From assembly GCA_964016885.1 (NCBI GenBank), contig OZ024740.1:258664001-258728000 (forward strand): DNA of 64,000 bases. Direction: 5' to 3'. This DNA is from Eledone cirrhosa. Lineage: Eukaryota. The translations under genes and the position numbers were made by a program. The notes beneath the pieces were generated by a model, which was given only the letters and a program-made list of their open reading frames with translations, made no database searches and had not been told where the DNA came from. Positions 39,819 to 58,424 of the stretch are shown here, piece after piece. Each line of letters starts with the position of its first letter. Positions within the stretch are counted from its first letter, which is position 1.

Positions 39819-40689
39819 GATGTGTGGACTTTAGAAAACAGATCAAGTGATATAAGGAAAATGATAAAAAAAGATTTTTATAAGATATTTATAACATATA
39901 CAAAAATTGATGTTTAGCAAAGCTCGTTTTCTCCGTGTTGACTATTAAAACATTTGTTATTAGGTTAAATTGTTTTTTATCGTTAAAACTCCTGCATATT
40001 GGTCTATTGGGCAGGACTATATTTCCCAGTGCATCAATAGTCTTTAAGAATAAGAGAGATGTTCGGGATGAAAACACAACTGATATTCGACAAGAAAACA
40101 ACGGTATATATTGGGTCTTCACGACTCATAAGCAATAACTTATATAGACCTATACTTATGGTACGTCCTATATTTCATTTGCATTTAATCCTGACTTGAT
40201 GCGCTTCTATTAATTAGCTGTAGCACTAATGTTGCCTGATTCATACAAGCAGTTTGTGTGAAAACATATGCAATGTTTATTTACAATAAACTTATAATTT
40301 TCGCTATGGATATTTTAAGCTGTGATAATGTCACAGCTACCTCAGAAAGCGTGTGAGAATGCCAAACTCTAGTATTTCAGAATGTGTATCCAACAAAAGT
40401 GATGTTTATTTATACTGCATCATAGGCAAAACTCTCTATAAAATGTAACTTATTCTTTGATTAGATACCTAGTGAGTAAATATTGCTGAAGATTTATTTA
40501 AAATCTTGAAACATTGGTAACTGGTGGTTTCAGAGGGCAACGGGTGTAGCTGTCAAATAATCTTTTATTAAAATACCCGTAGCGAGATTTAGGAAGACGT
40601 ATTATAAATAAATATATTGTATATGTTTACATATACTCCACTATTATGATTCACATTATGCATACATACAAACACGCAAACATACATAT

Positions 40690-40798
<109 letters not shown>

Positions 40799-40959
40799 TA
40801 CAGTGAACGCGACCAGTCGCACATATTGGCGTGGGAGACTATTCATTAAATTGAAGATGAATACTATCTCCGATAGTATTGCTACAACTACCAGCCGTGT
40901 TGGATAACTAGGATTTCTTCTAACTATACCCACTGAAGACACATTTTATTCGAATTCAT

Positions 40960-43900
40960 AGATATATCCGACTAAATAATTATATTATTCATTTTACAAG
41001 GATTTGCTACAAACAGCTTGACTGAACACAACATCATCAACAACATCAATTTACCGACGAAAAACAAGATAAACAAAATTTCTTTCGTAGTAGCTACAGA
41101 AGGAGCCGAAATTATAAATCGTATTTCTCTTGGAGTTTTACGAACTTAATAGTGATTTATTTAATTATTATAAAATGACAAAAAAACATTCCTTTGTTGG
41201 CTATGTGAACAGAATGAGGCTACACTGGGACGAAAAACATCCAGGGATAAAACACTTCACAGCTAAACAATTACGCCAAAAAGCAACGTTTATTGAACGT
41301 AAAAATAACATGAATATTATTCATTGTAAGTCCCCCAGATCGAACATGCAACCAAAAACATGTGTTATAGGCCGCCATGTTACTAGACTTTCTAGCAGCC
41401 AGGCTGAACATCAGCAAACAACAGCAATATACGAACAGCCCCTTGAAACAACTATGCCGTTAAGAAAATTGACACCACATGTATCAACTAATTCTACCTC
41501 GACTGTTGTGGAAAACACTGTTAATAATAATACGGCTATCATTAGCTTGGAAAATCAAGAGTACAAACAAGTGAAATTTACCCTGAACGAAACTTTCCAG
41601 AAAGAAATTAATTCATGTAAAAAAAATTTCTCTTGCGGAACGTAATAAAACAACAGTACTAAACAAATGAAACCAAATAATGAAATCTTGCGTGCTATTG
41701 ATGAAATTGGAGGTGAATATTTACGACGAATCAAACCCCACATTTTGGCAAATCAGCACCTGTTTATATGCCCTAGCAACAACAGTGAAGCATTATATTG
41801 GTGATAACTGACATATTAACAAGAATAAAACACCATCGAGTATTACTAAAATAGGAAAAGAGATTGCTGACCTACTATACGATATGTGACAATTCTACTT
41901 ACACGCAAAGAGCAAACAAAAACAAAAAAGAACTACACTTATTACCAACAAAGAGTGAAAATTAAAATAGAAACGATTTTTGGAGACAGTACAACCAGAA
42001 CACTTCGATATAAGATGATTACCCTCAAACAAGAATTGAGAGCTGTCAGCGAGAAACTTCGATACCAGGAGAGGGTAGTTGAAAGAAAAATAATTAATAA
42101 AAGATTCAGACGAAACCGAATATCAGTCCATAGAGATATGATGGGAAAAGTAATAAATGTCACTGAGACCCCATCCCAAAAAGACGTAGATGACTTCTGG
42201 AGAAAAATATGGGGTGAAAAGAAGAATTTAAACCAAGATGTAGTGTGGGTAAAAGAAATCCAAACGAACTACTGCCCCTACACTACAACAAAAACATATG
42301 AAATAAATGATGATAACCTGAACTGTGATAGGAAAACTCCGAAACATCAGGAAGACACTTGATTGTCGGCTACTGGTACAAAAAAATTGACATTCTGTCG
42401 GCAATGTCTCATCAATCTCTACCAACAAGCTCTCAAGGGAGATGCATATATACCAAGGTGGTTGACATTAGCACAAACAATACGGCTCCCTAAAAACAAA
42501 GACACTCGCTAGATAAAAAAAATTACCCACCCAATGCATGCCAGAACCTGATGTATAAAATGTATGTATATAGCCTGCCTGAACCTATTTCTCCAAGATC
42601 ACTGTAACTGTAATAACATCATCACAGATGACCTAGTAGTTGGGAAGAAAGGTGTTTGGGGTGTGTTGAACAGCTCTTTATTAATAAAACTGCGATGTCA
42701 GAGGTTTGGCAACATAGGAGGCATATGGTTACAGTCTGGTTGGACTACAGGAAAACGTTTGATTCCGTTCCCCACTCTTTGATGATAGACTTGCTAAAAT
42801 CCCAGACATATCAGAGCTATAGAGAACCTATCTTCTTCTTGGGTTACTATCCTAAAGTGATAAACAGAGGAGGCGAACTCTATTTTCACTGATAAAAGAG
42901 AATATCACAGGGGTATATTTCATGGAGACAGTCTCTGTGTCGTATTATTTATTCTGCCATTAAATCCCTTGTCTTTTCCGCTCAAGAAATGTGAAGGATA
43001 CATAATTGGCGCATAGGAGAACAGAAATAAGAACTTAATTCATAATTTCTTTGTGGACCTGAAACTATGTCAAGAACATAAATGGGATGAAGAAAAATCT
43101 TTACATGGTTACAACTTTCTCAGAGGATATAGGAATGAAGTTTGACCAGGATAAATGTTCATATATGATTGTAAAGCGGGGGAAAATTACAAGCAAATCT
43201 AGCAACATTTTTATCAATGGCCTAACTGTTTCACCGATATCAGATGGGAGCTGATACAGATACCTGGGAATAGATGAGAATATATCCTATGAGGGTGTCT
43301 GTAACAAGGAACGCGTAACTAGGGAATATTACACCCTATTAAGAAAAATATGGTCATCTGAAATCTCTGCGCACTATAAAACAGTGACTTACAATGTGTT
43401 TGCTGTGCCTGTTTTAATACCAACGTTTGGAATACTTGATTGGACGATGGACGAAATCCGAGCAATTGACGTTAAAACCCGAAAACTTCTAAATAATACC
43501 GGAAACCTCCACAACAACAGTGACATAGACCGCCTCTACTTGAAACGTAAGCAGGGAGGCAGAAGCCTAACATCAGACCAGAGAGCATTTGTGTGTGGCA
43601 TCATATCCCTCCGGCAACATCTACGAACCTCCAAGTGTAGGAGCCCGTCTCTCGAGCAAGTATATCTGCATGAGACATATCATGAGAGTTGGGAAGGAAC
43701 TCCTTGAAAGATACTCCCTGGATGATAATCAAAACCTCACAGCAGGGAAATTGCCCAGCAATATCGCAGTGAGTCCCTGGATGAAAAACTGCATGTTTAT
43801 CAGCAACAAATCATGCATGGGTATGTTGCCAGGAGGCACCAGAGTGAGAGTAACATAGATAAGCAAAGTAGTCTATATTGGACCAACAACCGCTATATTG

Positions 43901-44715
43901 GCTCTCATTTTGTAGGATATGTTTTTACAATCCAAGAACAGGAAATCACTACAAAATACCTGATAGACAAAAGAGATATGGATGCAGGCAAAGCACCTAG
44001 ATGTGACAACAAGAAATCCCTACCAAATACCTAATACACAAAAGAAGAGGACCATCAGTCGACAATAAATGTAAAATCAAAGATCGAAAATGTTAGCTAC
44101 ATTTTTACCAACTGTGAAAGAATGTCGTCTCGTTATTACCTCCCTACAAGACACGATGTGATAGCTAGAACTATCTGGAATGCACTTAGGAAAACAAAAT
44201 TAAAAACAAATGAGCAGGAATACGTTGAGATAGAGGACTCTAGGGAATACTGGTGGAACCTAAGAATAAAAACTGCCACCAAATTAAAGCAAAACTGGCC
44301 TGATATTGTTGTTTGGGACCACACATTGAAAACGTGCTCTATTGCAGAGATCAGTAGTCCACTTGATGTCAACGTTGTAAGAAAAATCCAGGAGAAGGAG
44401 GATATCTACTGACCATTGATGAGGAGTTTGCAGATCCAGTATCCAAGATACGCCTTCAGCATTATACCCATCATTATTGGAGCTATAGGTTATATACCAA
44501 CCCGATTGGACCAAAGTATGACTGATCTTGGATTTGTGGACAAAGAACGCAGCTGCCTAATTCATAGACTACAAATGGTTGCGACAGCTGGTATCTTCAA
44601 AATTTGTTAAATATTCTTGCGATTCAAGTGAAGGGATGACAATTTCTTTTCATTTACAACCTTGCCACCAGGAAGGTGGCCAGTCAAAAATATACTCGAA
44701 ATTAAGAGAAAGCGA
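40960..44715 (+). mobile_element. Decayed RLE-type non-LTR retrotransposon (R4/Dong-like)
   Basis: WLDYRKTFDSVPHS, GIFHGDSL, YLGI, RLYLKRKQGGR.L, RHDVIA, PDIVVWD...AEISSP...K..EK..Y and IIPIIIGAIG. Confidence 0.85.
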
Positions 44716-45282
44716 AATATACATACGTACATATATGTGGGGTGGGTCTTCGCGCGCGTACACTTGCAGATGGAGTCCAGTAGCAAATATATAAAGACTT
44801 TATGATAGAAATGTTTATTGTAAGATGTTTGTACAAACCTGCCAACTCCTAAAAACCCAAACGGAGAGTACCATGTAAAAAGGTGCCCCAAAACGGGGAG
44901 AAATGAGGCAAAATGGCAAGATTTTACATAATGAAAACTATACCCATTTTCACAAGAGAAGGCATCTCTCACACATCGCAAAGTGGGTGGGAGATCTCCC
45001 CATCGGACGGGGGAGAATTGACAGGTCTAGTTTGTATGTATGTATATATACAAAACTGAGAGGTAATTAGCTACCGGTGGTGTACATATATATTAGTATA
45101 CACAGCTTAAATTTACTATGAGTTGGGATGTGTATAAATGTTGTGAAAGTCAACAGTATGACAGTATTATATATACAAACATATGTTTTTCTAAGTATAA
45201 GTATGAATGTATGTATTCATGTAAGCATGGATATGAATGTATGCTTGCATGTGTGTATGTTTGTTTGTATATATATTTGTGT

Positions 45283-45556
45283 GAAGGTCCGTGACATAGT
45301 AGTTAAGGTATTCGACTCACTGTCGGAAATGGGTGAGCACGATTCCCGTTGCTCAAACCCTCAGCTGGCAAAAATAACTATAATTAGAAAGAACAACCTT
45401 GTGGTATGCTGTGCCATGTTGAATCTCCCTGAGAACTACGTTAAGGGTAGGCGTGTATGTGGAATGTTTAGTCACCTGCACGTTAATTTCACGATCAGGC
45501 TCTTCCGTTGATCACATCAATGGTAATACTCGTTGTTATGACCGACGGAGTGCCAT
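45283..45556 (+). mobile_element. tRNA-derived SINE with an RTE-like tail
   Basis: A-box-like tgacatagtagttaagg. Body gttgaatctccctgagaactacgttaaggg. Tail ctcgttgttatgaccgacggagtgcc. Confidence 0.6.
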
Positions 45557-45582
45557 TTTATACATGTATGTAAATATAATGT

Positions 45583-45905
45583 AGGAGGTGAGTTTTATTG
45601 TAGTACAATAAAGCAATGCAGATATCGGATAAGAAGCACTCTACAGTTTGTAGGACTGGAGTATACATAATATATATAAGAACAAAAGATGGTTAAAAGA
45701 GTTCCATGAATTTTATTATGCGCATTTCAAAAATATGATATGTTGATTTAAAACTGAACTATCCACAAGTGTTTTTTAACCTTCATATCATGTCTTCCTG
45801 TTTTATCTGATGAAAACACAAATATTATTGCATGATGATATTTGTTTTTGAAATGCGCATAATAAAATACATGGAACTCTTTTAACCATCTTTTGTTCTT
45901 ATATA
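45583..45905. mobile_element. Fold-back PLE terminus; same family as 49789-50192
   Basis: Arms at about 45672-45733 and 45845-45905. The 3' tail is on the left (minus) arm. Confidence 0.85.
45801..45867 (+). ncRNA. Type I hammerhead ribozyme motif
   Basis: ttttat CTGATGA aaacacaaatatt...gatatttgttttt GAAA tgcgca TA ataaaa. Confidence 0.82.
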
Positions 45906-45936
45906 TATGTATGTAAATATATATACGTAAATATTT

Positions 45937-46175
45937 AACGCGGTCGATTTGTCAGAGATTTATTACGTTGGATATTTGTCCAGGATCACTGCCTCAGCGG
46001 TTCGAATCTGTCCAGTGTCCACTATCTCTTTCACCAATTGGAGATCGATAAATAAAAGTACCACGACAGTTCTAATTCCGTACCCTGTCCTTCTGTCTGT
46101 CCTATCATGGATGTCACGGGGGAGTGAGTGAAAGTGTCTGAATCTGTACGCGTATTCACGGGCACCTAAATACCT
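45937..46175 (+). mobile_element. Old tRNA-derived SINE
   Basis: B-box ggttcgaatc and Deu-like gatcgataaataaaagtacc. Confidence 0.45.
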
Positions 46176-46473
46176 TAATGAAAACATAGTACATAGTATT
46201 AGTTATTCTTGATTCTGAGTAATGGTTGCAGTAGTTTAATATATATATATATATACACAGTATATATATATATATATATATATATACAGAGAGATAGAGA
46301 GAAGGTGAGAGAAAGGGAGGGGGAGAGAGAGGGGAGAGAGAGAGAGAGAGAGAGAATCGGTGCAGAGACTGAAGATGCCACAAATCATGGGAGTACTAAA
46401 TGTAGGAGAAAATGAGAGTGGGTAGATTAAAATCCCGCCAGCGATTTGGGGTTCGCGGCAGGGATAAGATAAT

Positions 46474-46518
<45 letters not shown>

Positions 46519-46523
46519 ACACA

Positions 46524-46590
<67 letters not shown>

Positions 46591-46856
46591 TCTCTCTCTC
46601 TCCCTCTTATTTCTTTTCTCATGCTTTAGACTTTCTTTCTTCCATTATCTCCTTCTCTTCCTTCTTCCGTTCAATATGAGGTTATATTTTAACCCGACTT
46701 TCCGCTATTCACACAGCGTTCAGCTGTTTACAGCTACTCTTGCGTTTGGATTCCTACAATTTTATGAAAATTCATATACACTCATTCTTCCAATCGTTTT
46801 CAATTAATGGTTACACACACACACACACACATACTCTCAAACACACACACACACAC

Positions 46857-46974
<118 letters not shown>

Positions 46975-47764
46975 TACTTGTTGTTTACTTCTATGTTGTT
47001 TACTTGTCCCCCTCGCCTTACGCGAATTCTGGTCCCAATAACTTTTTTTAGTTATTGCTCGCACCAACCTGAGGTATCTGATTTTTAATGCGATGAAATA
47101 CCAATGATGGTTGGAAAATCACTGACGAAGGACTATTTTTATCATATGTAACCCATGTGCAAACCACGCAGTATTCTTCTTTCTTCTCATGTTTTATATA
47201 TATATATAATATATGGAGAATAGAAATGGCTGTGTAGTTGTTATTTAAGGTAACTTAAAATGCAGTGGGAATACGAAGAAAGCAAGTACGGGCAGTTTTC
47301 TTCATTAGTTGTCTACTGGGAGTCTCGGATATTTCTATGCTTTAAAGACAATATACCTCGCCCCAGGGCGTCAATAACTGGTTAAGTTATTGGGAAAACG
47401 GAAGAAGGAGGGAAGGAAAGCAAAGGGGAACAAAAGAGAAAACAGTAACAAAACAGCGAAAAAACAAACAAACCGAGCAATATGCGAGCAACTATAGGTA
47501 GGAAATCCAAGACCACTCGATAACAGAACTTCAGTTCAAGACTGAGTGGTCGAGAGGAAAGAGACACACGTCCGATCGCTGCGGTTGTAAGTGAGAAGAG
47601 AATTGCTAAATGGTCAGGCTGTACCTCACAGCTACTGATGGTAGACCGTTTGTTCTAGTGAGCCTAACGGCTAGATGCAACAAGCCAACAAATAACAAAG
47701 CAAATAACACAGTACAATAAAGAAATATATTATCAGTTTTACGCTTGATACAGTAGGAAACGTG

Positions 47765-47799
47765 TCTTAACATTTCGGACGCTAGTCCTTCATCAGAAA
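47765..47799 (-). ncRNA. Minimal hammerhead-like motif (degenerate relative at about 49636-49672)
   Basis: Minus strand reads ttt CTGATGA aggac-tagc-gtcc GAAA tgt TA aga. Confidence 0.55.
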
Positions 47800-47915
47800 G
47801 AAAGAATGAGGATTAAAGAAGAAAGAAAAAGCTTGAGGGTACGGACAGTGCGGAAATTTAAAAAAAGATATTTAGAGAAAAATAATAGGTCCAGACATGG
47901 TTCTATCTCTGGGAG

Positions 47916-47988
<73 letters not shown>

Positions 47989-48591
47989 ACAGAGAGGAAA
48001 AACACAGGAGAGTGTGTTTTCATTTCTATGACTTAAAACCACCAGCTTGAATGAAATACCGGCTAAAAGAGGTATAGGAAATACATTATAATTAAAATGA
48101 AAAACCAACCTCATAACTAAATCACGCATGTACAGACTCACGAGGAGAGTGTTTCACCATGAAATTAGTGGGTTCCAATTCAGCCTTGTGGATCATCAGC
48201 ATGTGCTTAGGTCAATATTGTCCGAACTATTAAAGAGACCTAAAGTAACTGACCTGTATCACGTGTAAACAGAGGGAAAATACGTGCGAGAGGCAGTGAT
48301 TGGTGGTATGAATAGAACAAGCCGCTATATGTGGCTTAACATCGTTGATGGGATTTTCAGGGAGATGTTGCAGGAAGGTGCCTTGCAAAAATGAACCAAA
48401 TGACACCGAAATTAATGCTGTTACGATTGTAAGCTAAACACCATAAGAATCTACACCACACACCTTCGCAGCCTTGTCTATCTATCTATAGATACACACA
48501 TAAATGCATACATGCATTACACACATACACACACATAGACACAAAACACACACTCACACACATACACACACACTCACACACAATGTATGTG

Positions 48592-48651
<60 letters not shown>

Positions 48652-48777
48652 CACAGATATAGGCATACATACATTTTTATACATAAGTGTGTGTCTATAT
48701 ATATATGTATGTGTGTGCCACCTGTAACTGTGGTTATAACCTAAATACCCTCCCACACACACAGAGACATATATATA

Positions 48778-48902
48778 TATATTGTTATATTTGGGGAGGG
48801 TCATTTTGTTGTAATATGGCAATAATATTACAACAATATGACCCTCCCCAAATATAACAATATTTGTTTCGACACACGATTTCATATCAAAACCTCGCAA
48901 AT
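48778..48902. mobile_element. ~125-bp fold-back 3' tip of the 16936-19240 PLE family, within (TA)n
   Basis: ttggggagggtcat...atgaccctccccaa. The tail matches the reverse complement of 16938-16985. Confidence 0.75.
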
Positions 48903-49323
48903 ATATATATATATATATATACATGTATATATGTATATATATAATACATATGTACATACGTAGACATATATAAACATACCCATATACATAGATATCTACT
49001 GATGTGCAAAGCTACATATATATCAACTTACAGTCCTATTTGCTCCTAACTTTAGCCATCATGCCACCCCAACAACTCTATATTTCTTCGTCGCTTGTTT
49101 GAACAGAATAGTGACATTTAAGGGTAGATACAGTGTACCCCTTTCATTGGAAACATAGACTCCACAGTCTTTCTGTCACCCTGTTTATTATTTCATGTCA
49201 CTTAAAAACACATCACTTCAAGGTGGTCATATTCTACACACCGTAATGTCTTGCTCATGCATAAACACATTAGCATTAGATGAACATTCTATATACACGC
49301 CAATATCATTGTAGCAGGTCATT

Positions 49324-49371
<48 letters not shown>

Positions 49372-49457
49372 GTCGTCAAGTATGAAATTTGTAGACATTT
49401 GTAGTGAAAAAAGATTTCTACAAATTTCATTCTTGACGATCCTATATATTTATATAT

Positions 49458-49528
<71 letters not shown>

Positions 49529-49750
49529 TGTGTATTCATATAAATATATATATAAGTAAAGAGAAATAACAAAGGAAACGACTCATTTCAATGAAGAAAT
49601 ATACTAGTGTAACGGTTGAAATAATAGAAAAAGAGTTTTATCGTTTCGGACACAAGTACTTTATCAGAAGACAGAATAAGAAGTAAAAGGGAAATATAAA
49701 AGAGTGAGTAGAGGAAGGAACGAAAAGAAACACACGTGCATATTCAATCA

Positions 49751-49788
<38 letters not shown>

Positions 49789-49790
<2 letters not shown>

Positions 49791-50190
49791 AGAGATCAAA
49801 AGATGGTTAAAAGAGTTCCATGTATTTTATTATGCGCATTTCAAAAACAAATATCATCATGCAATAACATTTGTGTTTTCATCAGATAACATAGGAAGAC
49901 ATGAAGGTTAAAAACACTTGTGGATAGTGCAATTTTAAATCAACATATCCACAACTGCACTATCCACAAGTGTTTTTAACCTTCATATCATGTCTTCCTA
50001 TTTTATCTGATGAAAACACAAATATTATTGCATGATGATATTTGTTTTTGAAATGCGCATAATAAAATACATGGAACTCTTTTAACCATCTTTTGATCTT
50101 ATATATTATGTATACTCCAGTCCTACAAACTGTAGAGTGCTTCTTATCCGATATCTGCATTGCTTTATTGTACTACAATAAAACTCCCCT

Positions 50191-50192
<2 letters not shown>
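49789..50192. mobile_element. Fold-back PLE terminus with two HHRs (49825-49891 minus, 50001-50067 plus), between (TA)n tracts
   Basis: Arms at about 49794-49931 and 49957-50099. The HHR is nearly identical to 45801-45867. Confidence 0.88.
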
Positions 50193-54266
<4,074 letters not shown>

Positions 54267-54782
54267 TATATATATATATATATATAGTTATGTAATAAAC
54301 AACATAAGGCAATTATTTCATTTACCAGTGGTTTCTTAAATGCAAACAAATTTTGCTTTCAGTCATCAGAAGGAAAAAGTCCTGGTGTATTTATTGGCAT
54401 TGGATTTTAAAAAACAAAAATATAATCTATATGAAAGTGAGGCTGGAAAAGGAAGAAGGAAAGGAAAAATAAACACACATGTAAACGCACACACACAATT
54501 ATATACATACACATTTTTATATATATATATACACGCATACATACACACACACATATACACACACACGCACACATATATATGTATATATATATATATACAT
54601 ACACATACATATACACATACATACATACACACATAATTATCAACATAGCCATACATACACATACATACAAATACACAAACATGCATACACACACACACAC
54701 ATATACATGCATATATATACATAAACATATATATACATACATACACACACATATACATATATATACACACACATATATATAC

Positions 54783-54818
<36 letters not shown>

Positions 54819-54859
54819 AGTATTTTCCGTTGTGTTGTAATATAAATATTACACACAGT

Positions 54860-55669
54860 AGATTATCAGCTCACGTAGAGTTTGCTCGACGGTTCCAGTT
54901 GTAGTTCCAAAAGTAATCCGGAGAAAAATAGAAAGATTTGAATGGATACAGTTTAGTTGAAAGGAATTTATTGACACGTGTTTCTATAACAGTTACATAA
55001 CCTAAAACAGCTGCTATCTACAAACTTTTAGTTATGCAGACATTCAATATTTCAATGTTATTATTTACTGTCATTTCATCAGAATAATATTACTGAGGAC
55101 CTATTTAGTTTTTATAGAGAATATTAGGAGGGAGGGGTGAAGTTGTTAGAAGAATAGTTGAAGGAGTGGTTTTTCGATAGCAGTGAGAATTCTTGGTGGC
55201 AGTGAGTAATTAGATTCCCATCTGTTGTTTTGACATTTTTTATAGAATATATTATTGGTTATTTTTCTAAATCTATAGAAGGATTAGAGATAGTAAAGAT
55301 ATGCGTGGTTGGTTTTGTGTTTGCACTTAATTAACATTCAGACTTAAATTTTTCTTTCAAGTGTACGTATCCTTTCACCCACGCATTCACAAACAAATAT
55401 ATTTGCACACCTCTACAAAATACATATACTCACAATTCACATATTCATACTTACATATATATACACATGCATACACATATATATACACACATGTATTCAT
55501 GTACATACATACGCGCTCATGTGTATACATTTTCATACTCAACTTATCTTTATATACACACGTATAGACACACACATATATACATACATACTCTAGTCCA
55601 TGTGTACACACATACACATACATACACATCCATATACACATATATACATACATATATATATATATATAT

Positions 55670-55730
<61 letters not shown>

Positions 55731-56919
55731 CACTTTAATACATGAATACACTTACATCTAACTATACACATCAAACATATATATATATTTACTTATTTAT
55801 ATACATTTTCACATATATATACATACTTATGGACGTTTTTAGACACATTCATTATCGCATATTTGTACCTATTCTCATCAGCATATCTTTCCATTATTAG
55901 TGTGGTAATTTAAGGTTATTAATATATGTTGAGAAGAGATTGTTTTTATATTTTTCTAACTAGATTAAGGTTTATATAGTTGGGGGATGTCCCTCTTTTA
56001 TGTAATATTTGGCTTGTAGTGGGAAAAAAGGGTTTTAGTTCTGTGACGGCAGAATAATGTTCGTTCAATTCTGTTATTCAGCAGTTTCTTCTTGTGTGTG
56101 ATTATGTAATAAATCTCAAGATTACACAATTTGCAGAAATTTTGGCTCCTGGAAAAGCTTTGGGTTTTAGCTAATTTTTCCCATTTTAGGGTAAACTTTT
56201 GATCGCTATCCCTGAGCGTCCAAGCTTTTTCTGCTAAAGTTGTTACATTTCTTTGGCTCTGGTGTTTTATTGAGTAAGAATGCCTATACAATCGAGATTT
56301 AAACGATGTTGCCGTTGGGATCAACGTTGGATCAACGGCAACATCGTTTAAATCTCGATTGTATAGGCATTCTTACTCAATAAAACACCAGAGCCAAAGA
56401 AATGTAACAACTTTAGCAGAAAAAGCTTGGACGCTCAGGGATAGCGATCAAAAGTTTACCCTAAAATGGGAAAAATTAGCTAAAACCCAAAGCTTTTCCA
56501 GGAGCCAAAATTTCTGCAAATTGTGTAATCTTGAGATTTATTACATAATCACACACAAGAAGAAACTGCTGAATAACAGAATTGAACGAACATTATTCTG
56601 CCGTCACAGAACTAAAACCCTTTTTTCCCACTACAAGCCAAATATTACATAAAAGAGGGACATCCCCCAACTATATAAACCTTAATCTAGTTAGAAAAAT
56701 ATAAAAACAATCTCTTCTCAACATATATTAATAACCTTAAATTACCACACTAATAATGGAAAGATATGCTGATGAGAATAGGTACAAATATGCGATAATG
56801 AATGTGTCTAAAAACGTCCATAAGTATGTATATATATGTGAAAATGTATATAAATAAGTAAATATATATATATGTTTGATGTGTATAGTTAGATGTAAGT
56901 GTATTCATGTATTAAAGTG

Positions 56920-56976
<57 letters not shown>

Positions 56977-57714
56977 ATATATATATATATATATATGTAT
57001 GTATATATGTGTATATGGATGTGTATGTATGTGTATGTGTGTACACATGGACTAGAGTATGTATGTATATATGTGTGTGTCTATACGTGCGTATATAAAG
57101 ATAAGTTGAGTATGAAAATGTATACACATGAGCGCGTATGTATGTACATGAATACATGTGTGTATATATATGTGTATGCATGTGTATATATATGTAAGTA
57201 TGAATATGTGAATTGTGAGTATATGTATTTTGTAGAGGTGTGCAAATATATTTGTTTGTGAATGCGTGGGTGAAAGGATACGTACACTTGAAAGAAAAAT
57301 TTAAGTCTGAATGTTAATTAAGTGCAAACACAAAACCAACCACGCATATCTTTACTATCTCTAATCCTTCTATAGATTTAGAAAAATAACCAATAATATA
57401 TTCTATAAAAAATGTCAAAACAACAGATGGGAATCTAATTACTCACTGCCACCAAGAATTCTCACTGCTATCGAAAAACCACTCCTTCAACTATTCTTCT
57501 AACAACTTCACCCCTCCCTCCTAATATTCTCTATAAAAACTAAATAGGTCCTCAGTAATATTATTCTGATGAAATGACAGTAAATAATAACATTGAAATA
57601 TTGAATGTCTGCATAACTAAAAGTTTGTAGATAGCAGCTGTTTTAGGTTATGTAACTGTTATAGAAACACGTGTCAATAAATTCCTTTCAACTAAACTGT
57701 ATCCATTCAAATCT

Positions 57715-57720
<6 letters not shown>
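54860..57720. mobile_element. Young 2.8-kb PLE palindrome: GIY-YIG C-terminus plus pLTR in each arm (54928-56317 and 56333-57720)
   Basis: ORFs 55998..56324(-) and 56359..56652(+) encode the same peptide (YRHS...LKWEKL...CKLCNLE...LLN.R.E...CRH). 15-nt spacer. Confidence 0.9.
57561..57680 (+). ncRNA. Type I hammerhead motif with 91-nt stem II region (mirror copy at 54968-55087, minus strand)
   Basis: ttatt CTGATGA aatgacagt...actgttata GAAA cacgtg TC aataa. Confidence 0.75.
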
Positions 57721-57780
<60 letters not shown>

Positions 57781-58203
57781 ATGTATGTACGTGTGTATAT
57801 ATGTATGATTGTGTGTATGTACGTACACATACATACATACATACACACAATCATACATATATACACACGTACATACATACACATACATACACACATTGTG
57901 TATTTGTATGTATGTGTATGTATGGATATGTTGATAATTATGTGTGTATGTATGTATGTGTATATGTATGTGTAATCTATATATATACACATATATATGT
58001 GTGTGTGTGTGTATATGTGTGTGTATGTATGCGTGTATGTATATATATATGTGTATGTATATAATTGCGTGTGTGTGTGTGTGTGTGTGTGTTTGCATGT
58101 GTGTTTATTTTTCCTTTCCTTCTTCCTTTTCCAGCCTCACTTTCATATAGATTATATTTTTGTTTTTTTTTTAAATCCAATGCCAATAAATACACCAGGA
58201 TTT

Positions 58204-58264
58204 TTTCATTCTGATGATTGAAAGCAAAATTTGTTTGCTTTTAAGAAACCACTGGTAAATGAAA
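58204..58264 (+). ncRNA. Type I hammerhead ribozyme motif
   Basis: tttcatt CTGATGA ttgaaagcaaa...tttgcttttaa GAAA ccactgg TA aatgaaa. Confidence 0.8.
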
Positions 58265-58424
58265 TAATTGCCTTATGTTGTTTATTACATAACTATTAAG
58301 CTCTGTTACCTACATAGAGCACTCTTTTTTCCTGGACTTTTCCGACGGAATTACTTCATTCACACACACACACACATATATATATGTGTGTGTGTGTATG
58401 TATGTATGTGTGTGTATATATATA

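Larger units (their letters stand above)
54285..58355. mobile_element. Older fold-back PLE terminus with arms 54285-54770 and 57775-58295, split by a younger insertion
   Basis: Arms are reverse complements with several substitutions. Each has an HHR (54316-54376 minus, 58204-58264 plus). Confidence 0.8.
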
